From Lobosporangium transversale (Eukaryota), in NCBI RefSeq assembly GCF_002105155.1, contig NW_019029008.1, positions 434,001-490,187 on the forward strand: DNA of 56,187 nucleotides. Direction: 5' to 3'. Positions within the stretch are counted from its first letter, which is position 1; each line of letters starts with the position of its first letter. Of the stretch, positions 1 through 10,492 are shown piece after piece. The notes beneath the pieces were generated by a model. It made no database searches. It worked only from the letters and a program-made list of their open reading frames with translations, and was not told the origin of the DNA. The translations under genes were made by a program, and so were the position numbers.

Positions 1-977
1 TGATGGCGGTACAAGGAATGTTGGAGGAGGCTCATTCCTGCAAACATGCTATGACGACCAACCATGCTAGCGATGACAGCCAACGGAGCCAGGTTTCTCT
101 TTTTTGTTACGAAGAAGCGACATATTCGATTTGATGTGGCCATAAAGGCGTACGGGTGCCTGAAGCGAGGTGGTCCCATTGGAAGCATTATTATGAAGTC
201 CTCCTCTTGGCTTTAGCATGGTCGAAGTTCCTTCATAATAGAAACATATTTAAAAGGGTTGGGCGTGTTGGGTTATTTCACAAGTGAGTGCATGTATGCC
301 CAGAGATCCTGGTCCTGCTCTCGCTCCTGGCCCTGGCTTTTCTCGCAATGAAGAAATAGCATATTTTAATCTTTGCTTCGCACTGAAGGATCAAAAATAA
401 TATGTCGAATTTGAACAAGTACAATAAATACGGCACAGCTCGATTGTGCGATAAAGTGGTAGATAGAAGATCGCGTTCCAGAGCTTGTTGGCTAGGCAAG
501 CTATTGTTGACTGTGGTTCAGTGGTGAGCTGAGTAAGGTAAGAAAGGAGTACTAGGATTTGCTTTTTTGAAAAAAGCTTAAGAAATAAAATTAAAAAGTA
601 AAGATGACGCGAATATTTGCGTTCAAAGGATTTCACATGACTTATGACCTTGTTTCGCCACCAAAAAAAGGTGCATAAAAAGCTTTTTTTTTTTTCCTTT
701 TTCTCTTTTCTTCTTTCTTTTTCTCTCCCAACGCACTCCACCTTTTCCCATCCACAGGAGCAGGAGCCAACTCTATTCAAGGCCCAAAGCTAAGTCGAAA
801 AGAAAAGTATTATTGAGATTCTTTTTTTTTTTATTTTATTTTACTTTATTATTTTATTCGCTCTCTCACTCGCATTCTGTGTTCACTTCAAGAGTGTTGA
901 TTTTACGACAGCCTCTACTCCTTATGCGCTTTGTGTCCGTTAGAACTTTGTCGGCGGATTGTGCAGAGCTATATAAC

Positions 978-1207
978 ATGATGAATGCAAAGAGGGTTGG
1001 ATGCTTACTCCTCCCTTATTCTGACCAGCACCTTTACCATTTGCCACGAATATATTTTAGCCGCATATAGTTGCTAGCTCAAACCCAGTATATATTGTAG
1101 CCTTATATAACTTTGGCAAATACCGCTTGCAGCTACGCATTTATTGGGGGAAAACATACTCATGGTCAAATGGCATAGGGCTGGAATGATGAGAAAACGC
1201 GTTCTGA
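978..1207 (+). ncRNA. Putative box C/D-like structured RNA, copy 1 of 3 (most diverged)
   Basis: ATGATGA (978-984), CTGA (1021-1024), ATGATGA (1186-1192), CTGA (1204-1207) in C-D'-C'-D order; internal stems TTTGCCA/TGGCAAA and AATATAT/ATATATT. Confidence 0.5.
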
Positions 1208-1307
1208 GCAAGGGCCACTTGGCTCTTTTATTTTTTTTTATTTTAACTTTTTTATCCTTCAGTTCTCCCCTTATCTTTTATTCTTTAGGACTAGCGTTGG
1301 GCTCTAA

Positions 1308-1536
1308 ATGATGAATACACAGACGGGTAACCCGCAGTTGCCGTCACTCTGACCATAAGCCTCGCCGTTTGCCACGAATATGTTTTAGCCGCATATAATT
1401 GCTAGCTCAAACCCAGTACATATTATAGCCTCATATAACTTTGGCAAATACCGCTTGCAGCTACACAATTACCGGGGAAAAACATACTCGCGACCAAATG
1501 ACATAGGACTGGGGATGATGAGACAATGCATTCTGA
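1308..1536 (+). ncRNA. Putative box C/D-like structured RNA, copy 2 of 3
   Basis: ATGATGA 1308-1314, CTGA 1349-1352, ATGATGA 1515-1521, CTGA 1533-1536; flanking GCTC/GAGC complementarity; stem AATATGT/ACATATT covaries with copy 1. Confidence 0.55.
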
Positions 1537-1600
1537 GCAAGGCCCCACCTGGTTTTTTTTATTTTTTTATTTTCTCTTTTATTATTCTTTTATTATTTAT

Positions 1601-1675
1601 TTTTGTTTTTCTTTTGTTTTTTCTTTTGTTTTTCTTTTGTTTTTCTTTTGTTTTTCTTTTGTTTTTCTTTTGTTT
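1601..1675. repeat. Simple tandem repeat (TTTTGTTTTTC)n in the spacer between RNA-like copies 2 and 3
   Basis: About 6-7 copies of an 11-mer visible directly. Confidence 0.85.
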
Positions 1676-1804
1676 TTTTTTTCTTTTTCTTTTGTTTTTC
1701 TTTTTCTTTTCTTTTCTTTTCTCTCTTTTTTTTCTTTAATTTTATTTTTTATTTTTAAACCCCTTTAACTTTTTCATTCTTTAGGTCTAGCATTGGGCTC
1801 TAAA

Positions 1805-2032
1805 ATGATGAATACCAGACGGATAACCCGCAGTTACCGTCACTCTGACCATAAGCCTCGCTATTTGCCACGAATATGTTTTAGCCGTATATAATTGCTA
1901 GCTCAAACCCAGTACATATTGTAACCTCATATAACTTTGGCAAATACCGCTTGCAGCTACACAATTATCGGGGAAAAACATATTCGCGACCAAATGGCAT
2001 AGGACTGGGGATGATGAGACAATGCATTCTGA
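1805..2032 (+). ncRNA. Putative box C/D-like structured RNA, copy 3 of 3
   Basis: ATGATGA 1805-1811, CTGA 1845-1848, ATGATGA 2011-2017, CTGA 2029-2032; GGCTC upstream pairs with GAGCC at the 3' end; near-identical to copy 2. Confidence 0.55.
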
Positions 2033-2369
2033 GCCAAAACCCATTGCGATTACCTGTTTGTTATTCTTACTACCTTTATTCCTTTTATTCTATTTACCAT
2101 GCACCTAATATCGAAGTACAAATAGCTCTAAAGATCGTCTTTCTTCTTCTTCTTTTTCTAATTAGCGCAAGCAAGCAGAGTAGTGTTGCTTCAAGTAGTC
2201 ATGTTGCTATTATTTATGAAATAAAACTAATGTTACTCTACTTTGAAGATGGTGATACTAACGTTAATATCAACTTTAGAAGAATAAGCCCTTGCAGATG
2301 CCCTTAAATGAATAGGATGTTGGAAACTGCAAGGTACTCTGGATAGCCACGGACTAAGGACAGAGCATG

Positions 2370-2642
2370 TTCTGGACTGAAGCAAGCTGACCCTTGTTAA
2401 AGTAAATGTAGTGCTGAAACTGTGCATGTACAAGCTACAAGGTCAATGACATATCTAAGGCCTGTGGCCCTTACTCATAATAAATTCAGTACAAAGCCTT
2501 GATGAGCCTACCGTGATTCTATCGCGATTGGCTAGGTTGAGCGCATATTAAAAAGGGATGTGTGGACGCGTCTGCAAATTATGGCTTCGCCACGCGTAAA
2601 TTCTGAGCGCTTCATTGTAGTGTAACAGTTGGCAAAAAAAAA
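2370..2642 (+). repeat. Dispersed ~270-bp non-coding repeat, copy A (inverted relative to copy B at 45068-45367)
   Basis: Shared blocks TTCTGGACTGAAGCAAGCTGA, CTGAAACTGTGCATGTAC, AAGGCCTGTGGCCCTTACTCATA, CCTACCGTGATTCTATCG, GTGTAACAGTTGG followed by an A tract. Confidence 0.85.
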
Positions 2643-3393
2643 CATGACGAAGATGAGGATCGGAAATAAACGTTTGTCGGGTGCGTGTGTGCGCATGGAG
2701 TAAGAAGTTTATGTGTGAGAAAAAATGAAAGAATAATTGAGACGAGTCAACGAAGGAATGAAAGAATGGAAAAAGAATAATTTCTATTAGTGTGTCACCT
2801 TGCATAACTTGTTTTATCGAGGGCTTAAGGAAGTAAAGAGAGTGACAAGCTTGGCTGGCCCATTCTTCAACATTAAAGTGCTATGATAGTTTTTTTCATT
2901 CATTGTCTATGACTTCTTGCCTCATAGCTGACTGTGTCATGGAGAAGGTCATTGAAGGAGTGGCCCAAATGGTACTTACTACCTGACCATGTGATAATAT
3001 GAGTTGAGCATGATCGAGCTGGAAAAAAACGAAGTAAAAGAATTCGGTATCATGGTTCCACCCGCTTACTTTGCACCACATGAATTATTTCTGCTACGAG
3101 CGCAACCACACAAACCCAGGTCTTCAACTTGTCACATGACAACCTTTCACTGTCCTGCACTTTTGGAGAAACTTTCCCGGCTGGGACAAATTTGCGATTC
3201 TAAAATGGTGGCAACGCTCCATTGTCATGGCTGTGGCTACAGCCTCCTCCGTCCTCTCTCTTTTTTCTTTTTCTTTCTTTATGCCTTAAACTCGTCCTTG
3301 CCTAGGATTATTACCGTCATATCTTACCGGCCACTGAGTATTCATTAATCTTCAAATGATAATGAACACTATAGAATTAGAGGACGAAGTGGA

Positions 3394-3521
3394 GTGTCAA
3401 ATAACAGCTTTGAGGATCCTTGTCAATAAAAAAAAGGGTTGTCAAATAACACCGGGCTCAGTGTTGTCAATATTTTACTATTTGACAGCCCGAGTTGTCA
3501 AATAGGTTAATTCCACCCCTT
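3394..3521. repeat. Cluster of six TGTCAA motifs ending in TTAATTCCACCCCT; possible DNA-transposon terminus with subterminal repeats
   Basis: TGTCAA(ATA) five times forward and once inverted (TTGACA) within ~110 bp. Confidence 0.45.
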
Positions 3522-5007
3522 TGATCTGTGGTGGACGATTCTTTTTCGGACTCATCAATCAGCTGCTTAGGAGAGGCGTTTAGTGCTGTAGTAGTATTTA
3601 TTGTATTATCTAAAAAATCATCCGCATGTTTCTCTATATGCATATTTTCTAAAAGGCTTGTTCTCGCCTACGTCAGGAGGAGAAGCTCTGCCATCACATA
3701 GCAACAGTATTGACAATAGACTGTTTTGCCGGCATAAAATGTCTCCATCTCGATGATGCCGTTGACAACCTCGTGAAAACGCTTACGACTCGCTGTCTCT
3801 TTCACCACAGCGGTTGCACTGATAGGTACCAGTAGTGGGTCGCGCCGATTCTTTGATCGGTTTTCTAGGCAGAAAATCGTTTGTTTCGATTATTCTTATT
3901 TTTGTTAGCTGATTAGCGATTACTTTCCTTCTCAACACGAGGCTCTTGTGCTTGGACAGGAGCTATTCAGCAAGTCTTCGTCACTGATGGGAGCCGCAAA
4001 GACAGCTTGTTCCTCTTGGAGTAACTTATCAATCTCCATATATTGCTCAATGTCGCCTAGGGCATAATCACCATACCGCGATTCATGGCCGGTGAGACTG
4101 GGCTGACTTGCGACCGTATTGCTTGCAGACGCCTGGTGGATTTGTTGGGAGGAGAAGACAGGGTTGTTTCTGTTTTTGTTTTATGGATCTGTAATACTGC
4201 GAAGAAACTTCACTTAAAAAAATGGAAGATAAATGAGAACAGTGTGGATCGCAGCATAGTGGCATTTCCTTTTGTACATGTACGTTCGTACGTGTGATCG
4301 AATATGCAATTAGACGAAATATGCAACCTTATCCAAGGGGTTTTTTTTCGTGAGAAAGCAATGAAGGCATCTTATTTTAGGCATGTGCATATACAAAATT
4401 GATATGTGTTTGAATGTGTATTATCCATTCTGTAGCTGTGTGTAATCAATCTTTTATTGATGCTCGAGATTTTAGAATAAATGGTGAATGATGTCTGGGG
4501 TCTGGGGTAGCAGAGCACTTGGTCAAGTAGGCTGCTGAACCAGCATATTGAATAAATAAACCCACACGTGCTTTTGTTCACAAAATCGCTGGATAAAAGC
4601 CCCACGTGATGGGGCCTATGATATGATTACCCTTAATAGACATGGTAACTCCATTGTCTTTCATTTATTGGAAGACCCAAACACCACCACATATCAAGGG
4701 ACACAGACACAAGAATTACTTTCTCATCTATTAATTGCTTCATGAACATCTTTCTCACACATACTTTCACACTCGTACATTCACATTCCTCTCCTCCTCT
4801 CTCTTTCTCCTTTTTCTTCCATCCGTGCACGCATTATAAACATTACGCACATTAAAGAAATTCTTTGCGTTTATTTTACCATTATACATCGCTTATTTTT
4901 TCATTTTATTATTTTTTTTTATTTTATTATTATTACTTTTTTTTTTTTTTTCTTTATTATTTTTTTGTTTCCAAATAATTCATTGCAAAAGTTGATTTTC
5001 TCTCTCC

Positions 5008-6892
5008 ATGGTTGGTTGGAATCCAAAGGGGGTTTATACGGTTCATCGAGGCGCTTCTTTGAGCAATCGTAATGGTGATGGTAACAGTAATGAGTTCTTT
5101 CAGTTCAAATGTAAGACATTCCCTCCTTAAAATAAAAAAAAAAGCCTTTTTAAAATATTGTAATGAATGATTTGTTTTCATAGAGATCTAAAAAAGAAGC
5201 CAATAATTGTTTTTTTTATATAGATAATTTTACACCCGAATCCGTAGATAAATCTAAACCTGGAGTATTGATCGGGAACGGTGAAGGATTTGAACTTGAG
5301 TTTGCAGGCAATAATGGAGGTGGTAATGGTGCCGGGGGAGGACCTAATGCAGATCACACGACTGTAAATGGCGTAGGTAGTGTGGGAAGTGAGACAATTG
5401 CATGGACTTCTCCTGCAGAACGACCGGGGCGTGCTGTCGATTGTTTATTAATTTTTGATGAGGAGACTCAGGTAAAAAAAGAAAAAATTAAGATTTATAT
5501 TTTTATCTGTGGGTTGATCTTTTGGCGTTGATATCAAGCGCCGTAAGACAATCAACGGAGAATACGAGTAATTGTCAAAATCACCCTTTTTTTAATTTTT
5601 ATGGTATGATGCTACTAGACATTCACATTAGAAAGGCAACACGCCGCATTCTCCTTCCTCCACCGCAGAGGTGGTGGCGGAGCCAAGCCTCAGATGATTC
5701 ATTTGCCCAATAGTACCAATACCGCAACTGCGGTATCATCTCCAGTGATTACTCCCACAGTGACAACCCCCGTGTTGAATAACAAACAGAGTAATGGACG
5801 AATAGACAGCAACAATAGTACAAATACCATAAAGCCACGTGCAGGTGTTCAAAAGTCTACAGCGGTTGCCCCTACAATATCGACCCCTGCAACTTCTTTG
5901 AATCGTTCAGCTGCTCAAAATAATGAGGGCATAGGATCAGCAACAACAGCATCTGCACCGGCAGTACCGACAGGCGGCGATGCAGATCAGGATCCAGATG
6001 ATGATACGCTCGACATGTTGATGGACATTGAAAATGCGATGAATGATATTGGTGACGAGGATATGAATGATGGTGATGAAGGTGATGATGAAGACGAGGA
6101 AATGGAGGAAGTCACACCTGTAATCCCAGCGGTTCCAACATCTGTGCCTTTACCAACACTTCCAGCTGCACCAAACAGGCCAGCTACAACATCAATATCA
6201 ACACCCGGTGCCACAAAGCCTACCTCCACTGGCAAACCAAAAGGACGGCCGCGTGTCAACATGCCACCACCACCATCTGCTCGTGTTAATGCCAATGCCA
6301 ATGCAGCAGCAGCAAAGCCGGCATCTATAGCAGGTGCATCATCACCAGCTCAGCCCATATCACTGTCTGCAATGTCAGCAGGGTTAGCAAAGCCGCCTCG
6401 ACAACGTAAGGTTTCGACATCTGGAAGTGATTCAGATTCAGGGTCATCGTCGTCTGGTTCTGGCTCTGGATCTAGTTCCGGTAGCTCTTCAGGAAGTTCG
6501 AGTTCAGGATCAGGATCGGATTCTGGTTCAGGTTCTGGCTCCGGATCGGATTCAGATTCAGGAGATGACCGAAGGAATAAACGCCCACGAGTACCTAGAG
6601 CAGGAGGACCTGTGCAGCCACAACATCGTGGAGCAATTGGTCTTGGTCTGTCAACACCTGTTGGTGACGCAAATTTTGGCGGAGGAGTAGGAGTAGGGAT
6701 GGGAGTAGGAGGGCCTGTAACTGGCTCGGTGTCATTGAATTCAACACCAAAGCTGCCAAGTGCAACACGGATGCCAAAACCTAGTGCTTCGGTAGGAAAT
6801 ACACCAAGAACTGGGACAGGGAAACTGAATTTGCCAACTCTTGTGTCTCCACAAGAACGCTTGCTGAAACAACAGCAGCAACAGCAGCTACT

Positions 6893-6965
<73 letters not shown>

Positions 6966-7130
6966 AGGCAAAAGAACCCAAGTTCACCAACAGATGCATT
7001 AAGTGAGGAAGAGGATCTCGTCAATTTCCTTGAAGAGAATATCAAGGTGAGTTTAACACCAAAAAAAAATATTGCTTTTTACGGTTAGTTGGATTACGGA
7101 TCTGAGTCACTACCTGAGGCATGCGTTTCT

Positions 7131-7161
<31 letters not shown>

Positions 7162-7315
7162 GTCCATTATGTCTATATAGGAGGACAAGCCGACGTCAAC
7201 CGAACCTGTCAAGCCTAGAGGACCTATCTCTTTGAACGCGTACACGGAGACGGTGGCTGGAGGACAGTTCATCAATGATGATGAAGGTGGCATCACCAGT
7301 AGCGATGAAGACTGA
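5008..7315 (+). CDS. EAF1: ELL-associated factor (EAF) family RNA polymerase II elongation factor with long disordered C-terminus; 4 exons (5008-5110, 5224-5471, 5619-7046, 7181-7315)
   Basis: Spliced translation gives FKYNFTPESVDKSKPGVL...VDCLLIFDEETQTFTLER, matching the EAF domain pattern; GT-AG introns in compatible phase; acidic, Ser/Gly and poly-Q tracts downstream. Confidence 0.8.
6870..6965 (+). repeat. Coding CAG/CAA repeat (poly-Q) in the EAF gene
   Basis: (CAGCAA)n then (CAA)n in frame. Confidence 0.95.
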
Positions 7316-7354
7316 ACAAGTTTTTTTTTTCTCTTTTTTTCTCTTTTTTTTCTA

Positions 7355-7387
<33 letters not shown>

Positions 7388-10300
7388 TTCTTGCCACATG
7401 GAGAATAGGATTCAGAACTATTCGACCATACATGTATATTAGAATAAATAAACTTTAACCAAACAATGCAAAGAAAAAAAAAAAACTAAGCATTTAAAGA
7501 AAAGGAGAAAGGCGGGAAATTAAAATTAAAAAAAAAAAAGGCGCATTGGCATGTTTGTTCTGACTTATTTTTTTGTTCAATAGAGGTTCGATCGATCTTT
7601 TTAAACTTTTTTCATTTTTAATTTCTTTGTATCAACCAAGAAATATATTCAAACTTTGGCATGTAGCATATATACTCTCCACAAAGTATATGTTTGTCAA
7701 ATAGAGGAGCAATGAACCATATAAAAAGATACATGCCTGTGTGGAAAACCCTTCCTTATATGTTTGCATGTGTGGACTGATTGTCTTCCATATTTATACA
7801 TTTGCATGTCCTGAACATGATGCACAGTAGTGCACAAGTAAGCCGCAGTTCTTTTTTTTTTTTTTTTTTTTTTTGACCTAGTAATGCAATATCCTAGTAA
7901 GGAGAAAAGATCATTATAATTTGAGGCACAGGAAGAGAGACAAAGAGAAAGAGAAGAACAAGTCGATCAAAATCAGCAAGGACATTGGAGGAAAGAGATG
8001 AATGGATATACAGTATATGATATCTAATGGTAATTATGATGGGCTGTTGAGACCAAATGTTTTCAGAGCGCAGCTCGTATTTACATGTTTACATTTTCCT
8101 GTACATTTTTACATATACGCAGTACACTTAAATGTCTACATACCCTAAGCATTTAGCCTTTATAAACATTCATATAATTGTGTGTACTGTGTATACCTTT
8201 CCATTTATACACAGTCTTCATAATTTGTATATACAGTATATTAGCGTTGAAACTAGAGCAAGGATACATGAACAGTGTTGATCGGAGCTGGGAGAGATCT
8301 GATTTATTTAGAAAGTGCAAAAGTATGGACTACAAGATTAGACTAGCAAATTGGACGCGAAGGATATGAAAAATAGAAGTGGAGATATAGACAAAAACTA
8401 CATTCAACATTATCCATAGCATATACTATACATATTTAAACATATATATTTACGACTAAAAGAGATAAAAGGCGACAAGAGATGGAGATGGAGGAGATGG
8501 TTTTAGACCAATGGATAGACAGAACGGAGTAGTTCAGGGGGGAGTTAATGTATAGTTTCCTATTTGTTTGCTCTACTGTTGTACCATTGCCATTGAACCA
8601 CTATAGCGGATAAATGACATTCGTTGCAATGTCGCGATTTTTCTTGTTTATTTGTTTTGATCCAAATATTGTTATAAGTATTATTGTTATTATTATTTTA
8701 TTTGTTCCGGTTTATTCGTACCCTTCTTAAAAAAGGATTGGTTAGATGAACAAAGCGTTGACCGTTGTAAAGCTTATTTTAGTGGAAGCATCGCATCTCT
8801 TAATCTGTTTCTCTCCAAGGCGTAACTGAGCACGATTTTTTTTTTTTTTTTTTTTTTTTTTTTGTTACTTCTATTGTTACTCCGTTTTTTTTTGCATTGT
8901 TTGAGTATGCTATCCTACAAAAGATCTTTCTAATTGTTACTGTTGTTGTTATTTCTAAATTCGCTACTGCCGTCTACAGTTAATTCTTTCAATATCCGAT
9001 TGGATAGGTGAATAAACCGATTTTACTTACCTCAGTTCAGTTCGGTGAGCCTCTTTTCTTTTTTTAGCCCTAACCTGTCCTTTTTGTAGATATATACCTC
9101 CATTACCTAGTCAGCCTGTCCACGTTTCTCAAAAGTCTCATCAGCATCACCATAGTCATCCTGTCCTCCCCTAATGCCCGATACCATCATTATTTTTTAT
9201 TATAAATGCATGCTGTTCTTTTTTTTTTTTTTTTTTCATTTTGCTCTCTTTTACTGTTTGCTAAGCACAGGTGAATAAAAAATAAAAAATAAAAAATAAA
9301 AAAATTGCTGTGGGATGATCAAGTACAAGAACAAATATACAACGAAATACAAAAAAGACAAAAACCAATGCCTCATTATGCATGCCAAAGGACCGAACGA
9401 TCGCATTCAAATCCCTCACATGTACAGTAGTCATATAAATATACATATTTTAAAATACGTATACGCATTTATTTATTTACCAAAGATATATAAAATACAT
9501 TTCACAAATAAACATTTTCATTTTCAATGCAGTACGCTTGGGCAATGCAATGCAAAAAAAAAAAAATAACCAGAGCCAGTCCAACCCAGCCCATCCAAAT
9601 ACATTCCTCTTATTCAAAAAAAACTCAATCTCTTTTTTGCACAGACACTATGTAACACATCCAAAATGTGTGAACACAAAAACACAAAAGTAGGACACAG
9701 ACTTTGAAACAAAGGGACGTTGCGAAAAAAAGGGGGTGAAGAAGGGGGGGGGGGGAAGCAAGAACAGGGTCACTTCTTGCTGTTGTCTATGGGTCATGAT
9801 GATCAGCATTAAACATCCATCATCACTACTTTAACAATAGTTTCCTTATCAGTAACATGTCTAAAATCAATAGAGAGTTAGGAAAAAAATAAGTAAATCA
9901 TCGAGGAGAAGGGACGATGATAGATCAAACTTGCAAAAGGGTACATGCATACGAATGCGAATGCAAAAGAGCAAAGCAGAATCCATTGAGCTCGCTCTGT
10001 GTTTTTTTTCCTGATCTCCATCTTTACTTTTTTTATTCACCTCTGTCGGGATAGGAATTACAAGACTGATCAATAGCCATTGACCATTGGTCATGAAGTG
10101 TGGACTATGGAGAAATGCTGTACTTCTGTGCATGTTTTGCATGTTTTGAATATTTGAATGTATTATATATATTTATATAAATATTTTTGTCAAATGCATA
10201 TCCTTGTATTACTTGAATTTTCCGCAGACGTTTCATCTTTTTTATTTCTCTTTTGTCTCCTCTCTTTTTTTCTTTTTTCCTTTCTCTTCTAAGCTATTCA

Positions 10301-10492
10301 TCAACTATCAATTCCTTTAAATATTCCTCTTTCTTTCTCTCTTTCCTTTTCCTTTTTTTTAATTCCTTGATAGCATTTTATTTTTCTTTTTTACTGTTTA
10401 TTGTCCTTCTTACCGTCTCTCCGTCTTTTTCTACCTTCCCGTACATCTTCATACCCTCTCGGATCAAATAATACACAAACAAACAAAAAAAA

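Noticed and set aside
1..188. Open minus-strand frame running off the left edge (MLPMGPPRFRHPYAF...)
   Set aside because: Could be a gene start, but it is too short and has no recognisable motif
1008..1020. TCCTCCCTTATT before D' of copy 1 resembles the complement of the 5' LSU rRNA (AATAAGCGGAGGA)
   Set aside because: Needs a bulge, is absent from copies 2-3 and lies in a local hairpin; not accepted as a guide
978..2032. Repeat-spacer pattern as a CRISPR array or protein-coding repeat (ORFs 1455, 1951)
   Set aside because: Units are ~230 nt, no cas genes, eukaryotic context; the ORFs start at TTG and run into simple repeats
3690..4170. Protein-like minus-strand fragments (METFYAGKTVYCQYC; IEQYMEIDKLLQEE) suggestive of a decayed LINE ORF1 or transposase
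   Set aside because: Too degraded to assign
6350..7045. Poly-Cys and other antisense ORFs (also 10578, 13888, 39781, 41039-42046)
   Set aside because: Shadows of coding repeats or microsatellites on the opposite strand
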